A stretch of 64,000 bases of DNA, from contig OZ024747.1 in assembly GCA_964016885.1 (NCBI GenBank), positions 70,742,001 to 70,806,000 on the forward strand. Direction: 5' to 3'. Source of the DNA: Eledone cirrhosa. Lineage: Eukaryota. Made by a program: the position numbers and the translations under genes. The notes beneath the pieces are model-generated. The model did no database searches, was not told the origin of the DNA, and saw only the letters and a list, made by a program, of their open reading frames with translations. Positions 11,390-25,328 of the stretch are shown here, in pieces; the first letter of the stretch is position 1; every line of letters starts with the position of its first letter.

Positions 11390-13095
11390 ACAAGAAAAAT
11401 AGAATATCACAGGAGTATATTTGAAGGAGATATTCCCCCTTGATGCTATTTATACTATCAGTAAAACTCCCTGTCCTTTATGCTGAGGAAATATGAAGGT
11501 TTCCTAATTGGTTCACAGGAGGCTAGAAACACAAACCTAACACAGATTCTTTTTGGATGCCCTGAAACTTTATGCCAAAATATAAACCATATGAAGAAAA
11601 ACTTTGACCTGATTATGACATTCTTGAAAGTTATCTTAATGGAGTTCGGCCAGAATAAGTGTTTCTATACGATTGTAAAGAGAGGAAAAACTACAAGCCA
11701 ATCTAGCAACATCTCTATAAATGGCCTAAGTGCTTCACCAGTGTCTGATGAGGACTGCTACAATTACTTAGGGATAGATGAAAATATATCCTGTGATGGA
11801 ATTTATAACAAGGAACATGTAACCCTAGATTATAAAACCCAAATAAGAAAAATATGGTCTTCAGAACTTTCAGCACACAATAAATCAGTGGCCCACAATG
11901 TATTTACTGTGTCTGTACTGACACCAACATTTGGACTACTTGACTGAATGCTAGATGAGATTTGAACCATTGATGTTAAAACCTGAAAAGTTTTAATTGG
12001 CACCAGAAATTTCCACATCAACAGTGACATAGACTGCTTTTACCTAAAATGTAAACAGCGAGGTGGGGCTTAACATTAATTCAAACAGCATTTGAGTATT
12101 GCATTATATTCTATGACATCTATAAACCACCAAGCATAGAAGCCAATCCATAGAATAAATATAATGAGATTGGGAACGTGCTCCTTGTAAAGTGCTCCCT
12201 GCATGATAACCAAAAACTCACACTCTGGAAAATTGTACAGCAATACCACAATGAATCCATGGATGATTATCACCGAAATAGGTATGGCTATATTGCCAGG
12301 ATGCTTCAAAGTGTGAGTAATATTGATAAAAAAAAGTTCATTGTGGACTGACAAACAGGTTAATAGGTCTCAGTTTGAATGATATGCCTTTTCAATCTAC
12401 GAATGACATCATGCTAGCGTGGAAGATAGACGTTAAACGATGATGATGATGAACAGGAAATAACAATGAGATACAAGAGGTACAAACGTGATAGAGATGC
12501 AGGAAAAACGCCTATATGTGACCCCAGATACAAATACTGTGAAATAAACATTAAAGATGTCACCTACACCATAAGAAGCAGTCCAAAGATGCCATCTAAA
12601 TACTATCTTCCCATGTGGCATGATGTAGTGACCAAAACACAATATAATCTGGAGAAAGGATAGGTTTGAGAATAAAAATATAAATAGTTACAGTGATGTG
12701 GAGTGTATACACATACACAATATGAAATAGCAATGGTGGAATGTTCTAATAAAATGCAAACATAGCAGACCAAATATAGTGTTATGGGGCAAAGAAAAGA
12801 AGGCATGCACAGTAATTGAAATAGGCAATCCAACAGATTTCAATATAATGCTAAGGATTAGCAAAAAGGAAAACATTTATGCTAAAGTAATTAGGAATAT
12901 GCAGATAGTCCCACCAGGCTATAACCTTAGATTTGTACCTGTGATCATTAGGGCTCTAGGATATGTTACTAATTGCTTCAGTACAAATTTTGAGAAACTG
13001 GGATTCATAGAACTAGATAGAACACAGCTAGTTAAGAAGTTACAATTAATGGGACTGTAAAAATATGTAAAACAATTTCAGAAATTCAGTATGTA
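11390..13095 (+). pseudogene. Degenerate R4/Dong-like non-LTR element (RT plus restriction-like endonuclease)
   Basis: Relics of GIF.GD...P.LF, YNYLGIDENI, IWSSELSAHNK, a CCHC-like CKYCEI...YYLPMWHDVV and REL-like P.IVLW.KEKKACTVIEIGNP. Many stops and frameshifts. Confidence 0.75.
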
Positions 13096-13300
13096 ATAAC
13101 TGCATATACAGAAGCATATGCATGTGTACTCATATAACACAAACACACATACACACATGCAATAACATCAATATTTGCACACAAACACACACACACACAC
13201 ACACACACATATGGATACATATTTACCTAGGTGATGCCTACATTTCAATGAATGGGTCTTGTTTCTGTAATAAGTCACTCAAAAATGTAACTCACTTTAA

Positions 13301-13520
13301 CCCTTTAGCATTTAAACTGGCCATATCCGGCCAAAATTCTCTCACCTCTTTCTGTTCAAACTGGCCATAACCTGCTGCTCATACTTATGTTAAAGTATTG
13401 TTCTTAAAATAAATAATATCAAATCTCATAGACTCGAAATTATGTGAGATAATTATGTGAGGTAAAGCCTTTACCATGAAAATACAATAGTAAATATAGA
13501 GTAATATAAATGCTAAAGGG
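13301..13520. mobile_element. piggyBac-like MITE
   Basis: Perfect 14-bp TIRs CCCTTTAGCATTTA / TAAATGCTAAAGGG, with TTAA on both sides (13297-13300 and 13521-13524). Confidence 0.85.
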
Positions 13521-13821
13521 TTAAGCTGTAGATATCAACAAATTCATAAGAAGGTTTGTTATTTACAATCTATGATTTATTCAAACAGAGAATCACTTTG
13601 TTTCCAGCAGAGAGTATACTTTCTTGAACATTGCGCACCCTCTTTTTATTCTGGCTGCTCTGCTTTCAGAATGCACTTCTCCACTAGTAATTAGATCGCC
13701 TAGATAATAATGCTTCTCAACTGCTTCAATAATAGTTTTTAAGGGATTTCTTATATGGTTTAAGATTTAAGACAAAATAGAAAAACTGAAATTTTATAAT
13801 TGGATTGTTTTTTTAAAGTTA

Positions 13822-13989
13822 CCATATTTCCCGGCGCTGAAGACGCTTCGTCCTCGAGGACACATCCTAATTTTGACAACCAAAAATTAAAAAAAAAATA
13901 ATAAACAATCTTCAGCCTCCGGGACGCATGGTAGATTTTTGAGACTTATTTTAGGAAAAAAGTAACGTCTTCGATGCCGGGAAATGCAG
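13822..13989. mobile_element. pogo/Tigger-like (Tc1/mariner superfamily) MITE
   Basis: Imperfect 24-bp TIRs CCATATTTCCCGGCGCTGAAGACG / CGTCTTCGATGCCGGGAAATGCAG, with TA on both sides. Confidence 0.75.
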
Positions 13990-14161
13990 TAATCAAAGTT
14001 TAGAATATATAACATCAAAGCCAGAACACAAAAGCATTGTTAGTTAAATGGTTCTGGAGATAAAACATATAAGATACAATGAAAGTTAAATCAATTCTTA
14101 TCAAGGTTCAAATAAAGACTGCTTCCTCTTAAAGTAACTATTACAGTACTACTTTCTTATA

Positions 14162-17100
14162 AAAATAAGACTTGTCCTCAATAGAACTACGGTGACAGTA
14201 ATATCTGCGTACGCACCCCAATCCGGACTGCCTGGCACTATAAAAGACAGATTCTATGAGACACTGATGCTCACTACCTCCCAAATAACCGACAGTGACT
14301 ATATAATTATTGCAGGCGACCTAAATGTTGGACAACATTGTGACGGATACGACGAAATCCATGGAGGCTATGGGTTTGGTACTAGAAATGAGGAAGGCTC
14401 CAGAATCCTGGAATTCTGTGACGCAAATAACCTAACTATCTGTAACACTAACTTCAAAAAACGTGACAATCACCTGATCACCTATAGATCCGGGGAACAC
14501 ACAAGCCAGGTAGATTATATCCTTACCAGAAGACATGACAGAGTGTCTGTTGTAAACACTAAATCCCTCCCCCATGAAGAATGCACCTCCCAACATAGAC
14601 TGATAATTAGCGACCTAACAGTCAGGACGAGACGTACTAGACAACAGAAGAGGACTATCCTCAGGAGAAAAATATGGAAGCTAAAGGACCCCACAGCCAG
14701 AAATAAATTTAAAAGCATACTACTTGATGCTTTCGACAGTAAGGAAGAGCAATTAGAGTCGTACAATATAGAGGAGCAGTGGGAATTCCTGAAAGCAAAC
14801 CTGCTGATGGCGGCAGATGAAGTCTGTGGCTGGAGCAGGCCTGTAGGCAGGAGGAGAGTAACATGGTGGTGGAACAGTAAGGTGGAGGGGTGAATTAAGG
14901 CCAAAAAGCAGGCTTGGAAAGTATGACGGGATGGGGGAAGTAGAGAAGACTATCAAGTGGCCAGGAGGGAAGCTAGGCGACAAGTGAAATTCACAAGATG
15001 GGAAGCAGAGGAAAGAAAGTTCAAGCATGTTCTACAACGCAAGGACCAAAAACGTGAGGTGTTCAGGATTGCTAGGCAATGTGTCAAGGAAAACCGTGAT
15101 ATTGTCGGGGAGAAGTGTGTACTTAATGATGACGGCGTACTTGCCATCACCGACGCAGATAAGAAGGTAGCTTGGAAGTGTCACTACGAAAGGCTACTAA
15201 ATGAGGAGAATAAATGGGAGAAAGACAGTCTCCCCCACATCGACCCAATAGAGGGCCCAGCAGTGTTTGTCGAGGGTAGTATAATAAGTAAGGCAATCAA
15301 GGATATGAAGACGGGTAAGGCAGCTGGGCCTTCGGAAATAGTTGCTGAGATGCTGAAGGCATCTGGCACGGTGGGACACACCATGGTCACCCAGATAGTT
15401 AACCAAGTCGTACAGAATGGGGTTGTTCCGAAGGACTGGCGTAGCAGCATCATCGTTAACTGTTATAAGGGTAAAGGAGATGCCCTAGATAGGAGTAACT
15501 ATAGAGGCATTAAATTAATCGACCAAGTCATGAAGGTCACGGAAAAAGTAATAGCGCAACTAATCAGAGAGAGAATTGACCTAGATGAAATGCAGTTCGG
15601 GTTTGTGTCAGGCAAAAGTACCACAGACGCTCTTTTCATTGTACGACAACTACAGGAGAAGTACTTAGCTAAAAGTAAACCACTATACTTAGCTTTTGTC
15701 GACTTGGAGAAAGCCTTCGACAGAGTCCCCCGTTCCATTATCTGGTGGGCTCTTAGAAAACTAGGTGTCGACGAATGGCTTGTGAGAGCTATACAAGCCA
15801 TGTATAAAGAAACAGTCAGCAAGGTTAGAATTAACAACGAATATAGTGAAGAGTTTAGCGTAAAAGTTGGCGTCCATCAGGGCTCTGTTCTCAGCCCCCT
15901 ACTATTTATTATTGCCCTTCAGGCTATAACAGAGGAGTTCAAGACCGGTTGCCCATGGGAACTCCTATACGCAGACAACCTAACACTCATGGCTGAATCA
16001 ATGGCCGAGCTAGAGAAGAAATTCCAAACATGGAAGCACGGCCTAGAATCAAAAGGCCTTAAAATTAACCTGGCTAAGACCAAAGTTCTAGTTTGTAGGA
16101 AAGAAAATAAGGCGGCGGTCCCTTCCGGGAAGTGGCCATGCTCAGTGTGTAGGAAAGGCGTAGGTAGAAACTCCATTTTGTGTCAGAAATGCAAAGTATG
16201 GGTGCATAAAAGATGTAGTGGGATCACAGGTAAGCTAACTAAGAACATAGATCTTTTTACATGTGGCCGATGATCTGGTGCAATAAGTAGCAGCAAGTGC
16301 CCACAAAATACTAGCTCTTTCAACTGCGCAGAGGGCTCTATAGAAATAGTGGACAGCTTCCGTTACCTGGGTGACAAAATCAGCAGTGGGGGAGGGTGCT
16401 CTGAAAGTACAGTAGCTAGAGTCAGAACTGGATGGAAAAAGTTCAGAGAGCTTATACCACTATTAGCCGCTAAAGGGTTCTCCCTAAAAATGAAAGGCAG
16501 GTTGTATGATGCCTGCATACGAACAGCAATGTTGCATGGCAGTGAGACCTGGGCATTGTGTGCAGAGGATATATGCAGACTAGAGAGGAACGAAGCTTGC
16601 ATGCTCCACTGGATGTGTAATAGTAATATACGTGAACGGCAAAGCATAAACGAACTAAGGAAAAAATTAGAAATAAGAAGGATCAGATGTTGTTTACTCG
16701 AGAGAAGGCTACGTTGGTATGGACACATGATGCGCATGAAAGTCGATAGCTGTATAACAAAGTGCAGGGCAATAAAGATAGACGGTAACCACGGAATAGG
16801 CAGACCTAGAAAAACCTGGGACGAGCTGATAAACTCAGACCTCACACACTTACACCTCTCCAAGACAATGTCACTGGACCGAGACCTTTGGCGGTACTCA
16901 GTAATAGAGAAGACCCGCCTTACCTAAATACATAGTAAAACCTACTACAGTCAGTAGGCATCTCTAACAAAATACACCCCCGTCCCACCACCCCCACCCC
17001 ATCCACACCGCCCCCTTCTACGTAAAGTTATGTTGGTGCCACACCATCCAGGCCGAAACAAATGAGATCGTGTAGGTGTCACGACAAAAAAACACACAGT

Positions 17101-17315
17101 CCACGCTGTAATGTGGCCGTGTAGGCAACACGGTAAAAACCTCCCAGACCCACACTGTAAACGTGGTTGGTGTTAGGAAGGGCATCCAGCTGTAGAAAAC
17201 CTGCCAGACAGTCCTATGCGAGCAAGACAATCACTCTTGTCTCAAGTGCGAAAACCCCCATCCAAACCCATGCAAGCGTGGAACACGGACGTTAAACGTT
17301 GATGATGATGATGAT
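14162..17315 (+). mobile_element. 5'-truncated RTE-clade LINE (APE endonuclease, RT, PHD-like finger, 3' UTR, (GAT)n tail); disabled
   Basis: ORFs 14192-14893 (SAYAPQ, AGDLN, QVDYIL, SQHR), 14957-16273 (QFGF, FVDLEKAFD, GVHQGSVLSP, YADN) and 16349-16927. In-frame stops and a YADD>YADN change. Confidence 0.95.
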
Positions 17316-18959
17316 AGGCTAATATTCACTATTTGAGAAATATGATACACTTCTTGACCACATCCTAATTAAGTAACTAATCAACATCCTTTTATATCAT
17401 GTTATGACCATTTTTGCATATTTATGACATACACACTCAACCCTCACTGAAAATGTTGCTTTAGCTTTAAGGTGCCCAAGAGTGTGTAACTGTCATTCAT
17501 TACTCTACGATACTTCAGTACTGCAAAACTGAATGCTCCTTTCTTATTTCATAGTGCTGAAGAAATCATTATATAACCACTCCAGTGTAATTCTAGCTTT
17601 AATTGCTAGATGAAGATTAGATTCTCAATGCTAATTCAATGATCCAAGAAGATTACAAGACTAACCTCCACCACAAATAGTGTAGTGAAAATGCATTAGC
17701 CATTAGTTCACTATGCTGTTACTAGGACACCATTTAGTCATGTTTGATTTCACTATGGTTATGTAATACTCACTTCATATATTGGTTATATATTTCTTGA
17801 GAAATAATTGATACACATAAGGAATCAAAACTCAGTAAGAGAAGGGACACAGGATTTAAGTGCACAAAATGTGAGGTTCAGAGTAAAACCAAACTATATG
17901 TTATTGGTAAAAGCAAACATCCAAACATATTAAAATGGCAAAAGGGCCTTTTATAAATTAGCAGTTCATATTACTATCACATCAAAAAGCTTACTGATAT
18001 CATAAGTTAATCTGAATATTTTGATTGGTTGATGATGTTTATTTTGTGAATAAAGTACGTTGTAACGATATCAGGTTAGAAATAAAAGTTTAGGAAGAAC
18101 ATATGCTAGATGTAAAACTGAAAAACAATATTTAGAAATTCAACTTTAGCTGATAATCTTCAGGCCTTAACTTCAATCAAAATATATATTTTGCCCCTAA
18201 TCATAGTGTCTTTAATCTGTTTCCTACAATTAAATACCATTGCCTACATCTTGAAAAGTCTACTAAAATTGTAGCCAGAAAATACTGAAAGCATTTTATA
18301 GCCTTAAGCTAAATGTTAAAATTCCTCAACTTCAAAGCAGATAAATTATATAGCATAGAGTATTTTACATCTGGGGCAATATAAGATGTGTAATGTTCTA
18401 TGAAATGATTGATTTATTGAGGAAACTTCAAATTGCTCAACTGCAAACTTAAATTCACCCTTGTGAGATTGTTAATTCCCTAAAATGTCTTTTTTCCTTC
18501 CACCCCTCTCTCTCTCTCTCTTTATATATATATTTATATTGATAGATAGATATCTTTTGTTGCTGGGGCATGTTCCATGAGGTGATTTTAGATCTTTTAA
18601 AACTTGGCAACGCTTGTCTTTCTTCAAGTAATTTTTCCTGAGAATCCCCAATGACAGTGTCAACCAAACATCAATGCTATTGAATTTAGGGAATTGATGA
18701 AAAACATCATCAATACCTACTAAAATCATTAGAAGGGACATAAATCTAAGTTTAGAAACAATGTGATGTTAGAAGTTTCTTACAAAAATTTATCTTTATA
18801 TCTTTAAAATCTATTCTGCTAGTGCTTATGAGAAGAAGAGTAAAATAATTCTGAAGGGAATTATACCATCTTACAATACCTATATACAGCTACATTAGCT
18901 GGGCTTTTGAAACCTTTTATGACTGCATTTTATATGAAATGAAATCTATTTTGATTAAT

Positions 18960-19290
18960 TAATTGTTTCTACTTTAGGCACAAGGCCAGCAAATATCCAG
19001 TTCATTACTGGTACTTTATTTTATCGACCCCGTAAGGATGAAAGGCAAAGTCAACCTCGGCGGGATTTGATTAATTTTTGATTAATTAATGAAGAAGTTT
19101 TAGGGATTTACTAAAATTATTAATTATTTCATTACTAAGATTGTAACTTTATGTAAGGTTCTCATATAAAATTATGTTGGAAGATTTTAATTGAAATTGG
19201 AAATCTTTAAAGTGGATAGTATTATTTCAGTACCAGTAATGCACTGGGTAATTGCTGGCCTTGTGCCTAAAGTAGAAACAATTATTTCAT
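18960..19290. mobile_element. Two partial Meta-like SINE copies (18960-19070 minus, 19228-19286 plus)
   Basis: Match to 38770-38965. Confidence 0.7.
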
Positions 19291-19747
19291 AGAACCGGGG
19301 CCAGTTTTGGCCAGGCTGGTAACTAAACGGTTAGGATATATTTTTGCTAGAACAACACAACTGAGGTAGTAAAATCTAAATTGTAGAATTCCTTACGAAG
19401 TAAATTAAAAAATTCAGATTTCTTATATGTTTAAATGATAGCTATTATGATTGAACTCCATATTAAAACCATTCAGACATTCAGATACTTATCTGTAATT
19501 ATTTTAATGCACAAACACACACATGTGTATGTCTACACACACATACACCTGTATCCCTGTGAATGCACTTGTGTATTGTGTATGTTAGTATGTGTATTTG
19601 ACAGGGATATCTGGTTATTGGTATGTATTGTGTGGTTGCAAGTATTGGTGTACATATGTGTATGGAAGGAGTGGGGTAGGTTTTCATATCTAATATTGTC
19701 CAAGTTGGATTCGCAATTTCTGGCCATGGACTGTAGCACTCAAAATT

Positions 19748-20126
19748 TATAAATGGAGAGAGAATAACCAAGTTATACTTAAAACAGAATTTTAATTATA
19801 CATATGTTTCAATGTATAATAGTGGACCATACCACAATATATACAAGGTTGAGTTTAGGCTTTATATACTGTAGACATCGCTCTACTTATCTTCAGTAAT
19901 TTATATATTGTTGTAAGTTTCAAGAGTAATACATACAAGAGATAACTTCATACCATATATATATAACAATATATACATTCTTGAAGGTATGTAGAGTGAC
20001 AGACAAATACCTCGTATATATATTGAGTATGGCCACAATATATTGAAATTTTAATTCTACATGAAACATATGTAGATTTAAAATTATGTTTTAAGTATAA
20101 CTTGGTTATTCTCTCTCCATTTATAT
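19748..20126. repeat. Old diverged fold-back element of about 380 bp
   Basis: ATAAATGGAGAGAGAATAACCAAGTTATACTTAAAACA against its reverse complement at about 20085-20124. Inner blocks 19824-19847/20008-20035 and 19880-19912/19967-19999 also pair. Confidence 0.85.
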
Positions 20127-21689
20127 ATGTATGTATACATATATATATATATATATATCATCATCACTGATTAATATGTATTTGCCATGCTTACATACGT
20201 TAGACAATATATATATGGTTAACAACAAACAACAACTTTTTCTCTATCCCTCTTATGTTATTTAATGAGTTTTCTCCTATTTAAGGCTGTAGGTTAAAAA
20301 TTGAGGGAGACTTTTTGCTATTTCTTCTAGGCTGAATAGATGTACGATCAATGTAGCTGTAATAATAGCCTCAAATTTGCAATATTTCAGTTATATTCAC
20401 ATTACATATGCAAAGCAGAAATCTGCCTCTTTACCCCTGATTATAGCTTCGAGAAAGGTTGATTCTATCAGGTTGACTTGACACTACATGAAGATGACGT
20501 TTGTGAGTCAGTGGATTATAGGTATGTCTCACATTACTTGAATCTAAGCTTTAGTATGCACCATATTTATTATCTGTGTCCAGAAGTACAGGATTCAATG
20601 AACACCAAGAGATTTGAAATTGTAAAAATGCATGAATATATTTCAAGCATTGAAACTTATCTAAATTCTGAGTGAAAAATTATGTACAAGCATTGCATAT
20701 ATACATAATCCATGGTTTAGTGGAAAATATCATAAACTTATTTTATTTCTATCACAAAAATAAACTTAAATCACCAGAATATATCAGCAATGTGCAAAGA
20801 AATCTATTATTTCTTTTAAATGTCCTTTAGGTTTTGTATTGTCTTTGATCATTATTTCAAGGTTAAAATCATCTGAGCCTTATATCAGAATATCTCAAAG
20901 TCCAACCAACTATTCTTTATTTTTCTTTCTTTACATTTCCATGCATTGTAATCTTTGTTTTACAAATTGCTTTGTGCCTTTGAGAGATTTGGATTAAAAC
21001 ATTGAGAAGGAATTGTTGTATATCGATTTTGAAGACCTTCAGATATTTCTGCATTTCTTTTCTCATTTTTCCAATTATGGTTTTCCTCAAAAGAAACACT
21101 TCCTCATATTTTCTGCATTTACTCTTGGTGGGGTTGTTTATTATCTGAGGATCTTTCACAACATGAACTGCTGGCATCTAATCCTCAGGGTTGAAGAATG
21201 AATGCACAAACAAAATGTTCAGGGATTTGTATTTCTGCTTTCTCCTGCCAAAGAATGTAAAAAGGTCAAAGAAAGCAAACCTCCTTAATTGGCATTTAGA
21301 AACAGTGGAGAGGAAAAACAGATAAAAATCATGGATATCAGGCCATAGCCTTTTCTATCTTTATTACAAAGATAATCTCAGTTTCTTCAATCTTTACTAG
21401 CCCCAGCTTAACCTCATTCTAAACCTTCAACTAAATATTCCATTTCTTTTCTTGTAATCAAAATATTTCTGGAGACCCTTGACCAATTTTTTACCAAATT
21501 ATATACTTCTGTGTTTCTATTCCCACTATGCTATCTCCTATATTATCCCTCTACCTCACAAATATATGAGCAAAGCACCTATAATTTATTTAAATTAATC
21601 CTTATTTTTTAATTCACGAAAGAAATACCATGCTCATTTTGGAAATAGACTTATAAGGAAAATATCATCACCACCACCACCACCACCAT

Positions 21690-22690
21690 CATCATCATCA
21701 TTTAATGGTTATTTTCCATCCTTAAATGTGTGAGATGGGTTGTTACATATTGAAACTAGATACAACCACATCTTGCCCATATGCTCTATTTTGGGACTTG
21801 GTTTCTATAGCTAGATGCCCTTTTCAATGCCAACTACTTTATAATGTACTCGGAGCCTTTTATTGTGCCTCCAGCACTACCACATTACAGGGTTGATTGA
21901 GTACATTTTTCATAGCATCAGTGCTATCCCTTTACAAGGTGAACAATGTGATTTTTTATGGCATCAGTAATACCAGTTATATATATGGCTAAATGAATAC
22001 ACACATACTTTTTTTTCAAAAATATGCTTTGCGTTCTTTCCTCTTCTCACTCTCAATCTTTCTATTTCATCTTTTATTTGACATTTTATCTTCCAATGAA
22101 GGAATAATGTCTGAAATGTGAAGATACTTTTCTTACTATATCAAGTGCTTAATTAACATATTTCTTCATTGTACTGTGTTGTTTGCTTTGTCGTTTCTGT
22201 TTACTTTTTACATGCACACACATATATATCATCATCGTTTTTACATCTGCTTTTCCATGTTTACATGGGTTGGTTGGGTCCTTCTCAGCATGGCATCTCT
22301 CTACTTGTCACATTTCTTCATCATCTCCACAGCCACTCTTAGCAATTTGAAGTCAGCTTTCACAATCTCTGCTCAAGTCTTTGTTGGTTAACCTCTCTTG
22401 TGGCTTCCTTCCACTGGGATTTCCTGGCATTTCTTCACCCATCTGTCATTGTCAATGTGCATCACACTTCCATACCAACGCAGTCTTCTCTCCTGTACAC
22501 CACCTCAAAATCCTCTTAAACCTAGCTTCTCCTTCAGCTCATCCAAGCTCTGACTTGTTCTCACACTTACTTGCACATCCAAAGAAGCAATGTTGCTTCA
22601 TTTCTTTTCAGGCTACACATGTCCTCTGCAGTCACAGCCCATGTTTCACTACCATGCAGCATCACACTTTCCATACAGGCATCCTACAGC
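21690..22690 (-). mobile_element. Degenerate RTE/SINE 3' fragments (about 21690-21965 and 22228-22690)
   Basis: (CAT)n followed by tail motifs; LH.SETW relic near 22640. Confidence 0.6.
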
Positions 22691-23319
22691 CGTCGTTCTG
22701 TATGATGCCTATGAGCAAAGTATGATGTACTATGGAGGTAACTGTATTTAATTATTGCAGAGATGTGTGATATCTCATTCACTGTAGCAAAATATTTACA
22801 ATTTGTTTGTCTTTCTAAGAAGTCTGAGAACTGATCTGCACTAGAAAAAAAAATGTTTAATATATTTAACAGGCACATGTGATTTTCTTGGAAAATGATT
22901 TAAAGACTTACTGAAATAGCCAGGATATGCTCTTGTATGACTCACAGAAGTTAAAAACATTTTAATCTCTAAGACCAAAGAAACAGCAAACCCTAAAAAC
23001 TAGAAACTGGTGACCTGTCTGTCTACAGTATATAAAGCCTAAACTCAAGTAATATCACAAAGAATAAATGTTCAGCTGAAAATTAAAATCATTTATAAAA
23101 AATGGCAAAGAAAGCTGTCAAGACACATATTGTTGTAAAGATCAATTACTGATTCACAAAACCAAAAGTGAAGACAAGAAAATTCGAAATAAAGGACTGA
23201 TCATAACATTGATAGATTCCTCGAATCACCATTAACATTAAAATGTTATGAATAAATGTTAAATAATTCTATATGTATATATTTATTTAGATTTTGTATT
23301 TTACCTCAAATATGAGGAC

Positions 23320-23845
23320 ATATGGGTCTTCAATAAATAGAATATTATTATGAAATATCAACTGTAAGACTATAAAAATATCAATAAAAAAAGAAAAAAT
23401 GGAAACTGATATAAATAACAAAAAAATGAGAAACAATATAAAACTTGTTTTGTCTGCCAAAAGGCCAAAAGCCAGGAAGCAAGCTGAAGTAACAGAAAGC
23501 TGTAAGGTAGAAGAAAAAACAACAGAAACTATTAAAAAACACTGAAAACGCTACTAAAAATGGGATTACAAAACATCATCTTAAGACATTGGCAGAAAAG
23601 CCTTTACATGGCTAAAATCTGATGAGACTTAAACCAGTAGTGGATAAAGAAAATCTCAGCTCTGACTGAGAAACACAATAATGAAAGCTAAGACCAAAGG
23701 ATTTTTCTTTTTATTGCAGTATAAAACTAAGCTTTGCTATCAGAAACTAACCAAAACAAAACAAAATACAAAAAGTATTTACATAATATATGAAGGTTGT
23801 GAAGAAACAATAAATCACATTGTTTCTGGCTAGCCTGCTTGAAAA
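23320..23845 (+). pseudogene. Very degenerate R4/Dong-like LINE fragment
   Basis: WQ.KPLHG and ETINHIVSG.P (CCHC region) relics. Confidence 0.5.
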
Positions 23846-23919
23846 AAGGTGTGTGTGTGTGAATATATATATATATATATGTATATGTTTATTTATGTAT
23901 ATATATATATATATTTATG

Positions 23920-23955
<36 letters not shown>

Positions 23956-24328
23956 GATAGAAATAGATACATATATATATGTTTACATGTCTATATACTC
24001 TATGTGTAATGCACATATTCACACCAACTCAGTTAGTCCTGTACTGTATATATATATACAGATATTTATTTTGTGTTGATAGTGCAAATGACTCTTTATA
24101 TAGTCATTATTTGTTCTATAGAATTAATTGATATATTATGAGGTTAGAATTGTATTAGTGTAAGGGGTGTTGAATTGATGTAGGATATTGAGGTACTGTT
24201 CTTAGGTTATAGCAGGCATGGGCAACCTTTTTTGAGAAGTGGGCCGCTTGAGATATATATGCATATATGTATACATATATGCATATATAATATATAAGAA
24301 CAAAAGATGGTTAAAAGAGTTCCATGTA

Positions 24329-24395
24329 TTTTATTATGCACATTTCAAAAACAAATATCATCATGCAATAATATTTGTGTTTTCATCAGATAAAA
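24329..24395 (-). ncRNA. Type-I hammerhead ribozyme in the 3' pLTR of PLE family A, sense to the ORF
   Basis: Minus strand TTTTAT-CTGATGA-stem II-GAAA-TGTGCA-TA-ATAAAA. Confidence 0.85.
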
Positions 24396-24764
24396 CAGGA
24401 AGACATGATATGAAGGTTAAAAACACTTGTGGATAGTGCAGTTTTAAATCAACATATGAGAAGTAGTTTTAGATTGATGTGTGATATTGGGAAAAAAATA
24501 TTTTATTTTGAGGGGGGGTGGGGTGGAAAGGATGAAAAAGAGGAGGAGATGAGAGTAAACAATGGAGAGGGAGGAGTATAATGAGGAAGGATGAGATAGG
24601 AGGAGAGATGGGTGATAGAGAGAGAGAGATAGCTTTTATAACTGAGAAAGATATATTGTTTTACATAGAGAGGTTGAAAACCGTTGGAAGATAATGTATA
24701 AATTAAAAGAATTTGAAAATTAACGAAGAGAAAAATAATGTAAAGTTAAGGTTTGTATATTGAG

Positions 24765-24930
24765 GGGTTTAATAATATGTGCGATGGAAAGAAAATGTTA
24801 ATATGTATTAAGAATAATATTTAAGGGTTTAATAACATGTGCGATGGAAAGAAAAAGTTAATATGTATTAAGAATGATATTTAAGGGTTTAATAATATGT
24901 GCGATGGAAAGAAAATGTTGATATGTATTA
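24765..24930. repeat. 60-bp tandem repeat, about 2.8 copies, in the PLE 3' UTR
   Basis: GCGATGGAAAGAAAA recurs at 24781, 24841 and 24901. Confidence 0.9.
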
Positions 24931-25328
24931 TTAAAAAGAACAACAGGTAATTTAAGTAAGGATATATTGTGAGATGAGCATGAATGAGTTAGATGAAAGG
25001 GAGAAAAGAATAATGAATTGAGGATGAATAATCTAACGTCAAAAAAGTGTTTATGTTTACGAAGGATTTTTACAAGGTGATATAGGGTAAGAATGTATTG
25101 TATTATGTAATAATTGATTCTATGTTAGGCAACAGTGAGAAAAGGTACAGATTAGGGGTTAGACATTAAAAGAAAAATAGGAGCGATATAGAATGAGTAA
25201 CAAGTATTATATAATGTATAATAAAACCTTTGAAATAAGGTAGAAAGATGGGTATATTTTTAAAGAAGTGTATATATATATATATGTGCCTTTGAGAAAA
25301 AGATTCTAAATTGATAAAGATTTGGATA

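Noticed and set aside
14515-16863. Antisense ORFs over the RTE elements (also 59687-60558 and 62210-63325)
   Set aside because: Shadow frames of the RT coding strand.
18455-21201. Short ORFs at 18472-18741 and 20917-21177 as host exons
   Set aside because: No recognisable domain and no convincing pair of splice sites.
23619-23635. CTGATGA...AAAC hammerhead-like string
   Set aside because: No GAAA and no stems; it lies inside the degenerate R4-like coding relic.
24213-24252. hAT-like terminus CAGGCATGGGCAACCT
   Set aside because: No matching opposite TIR or target-site duplication was found in the window.
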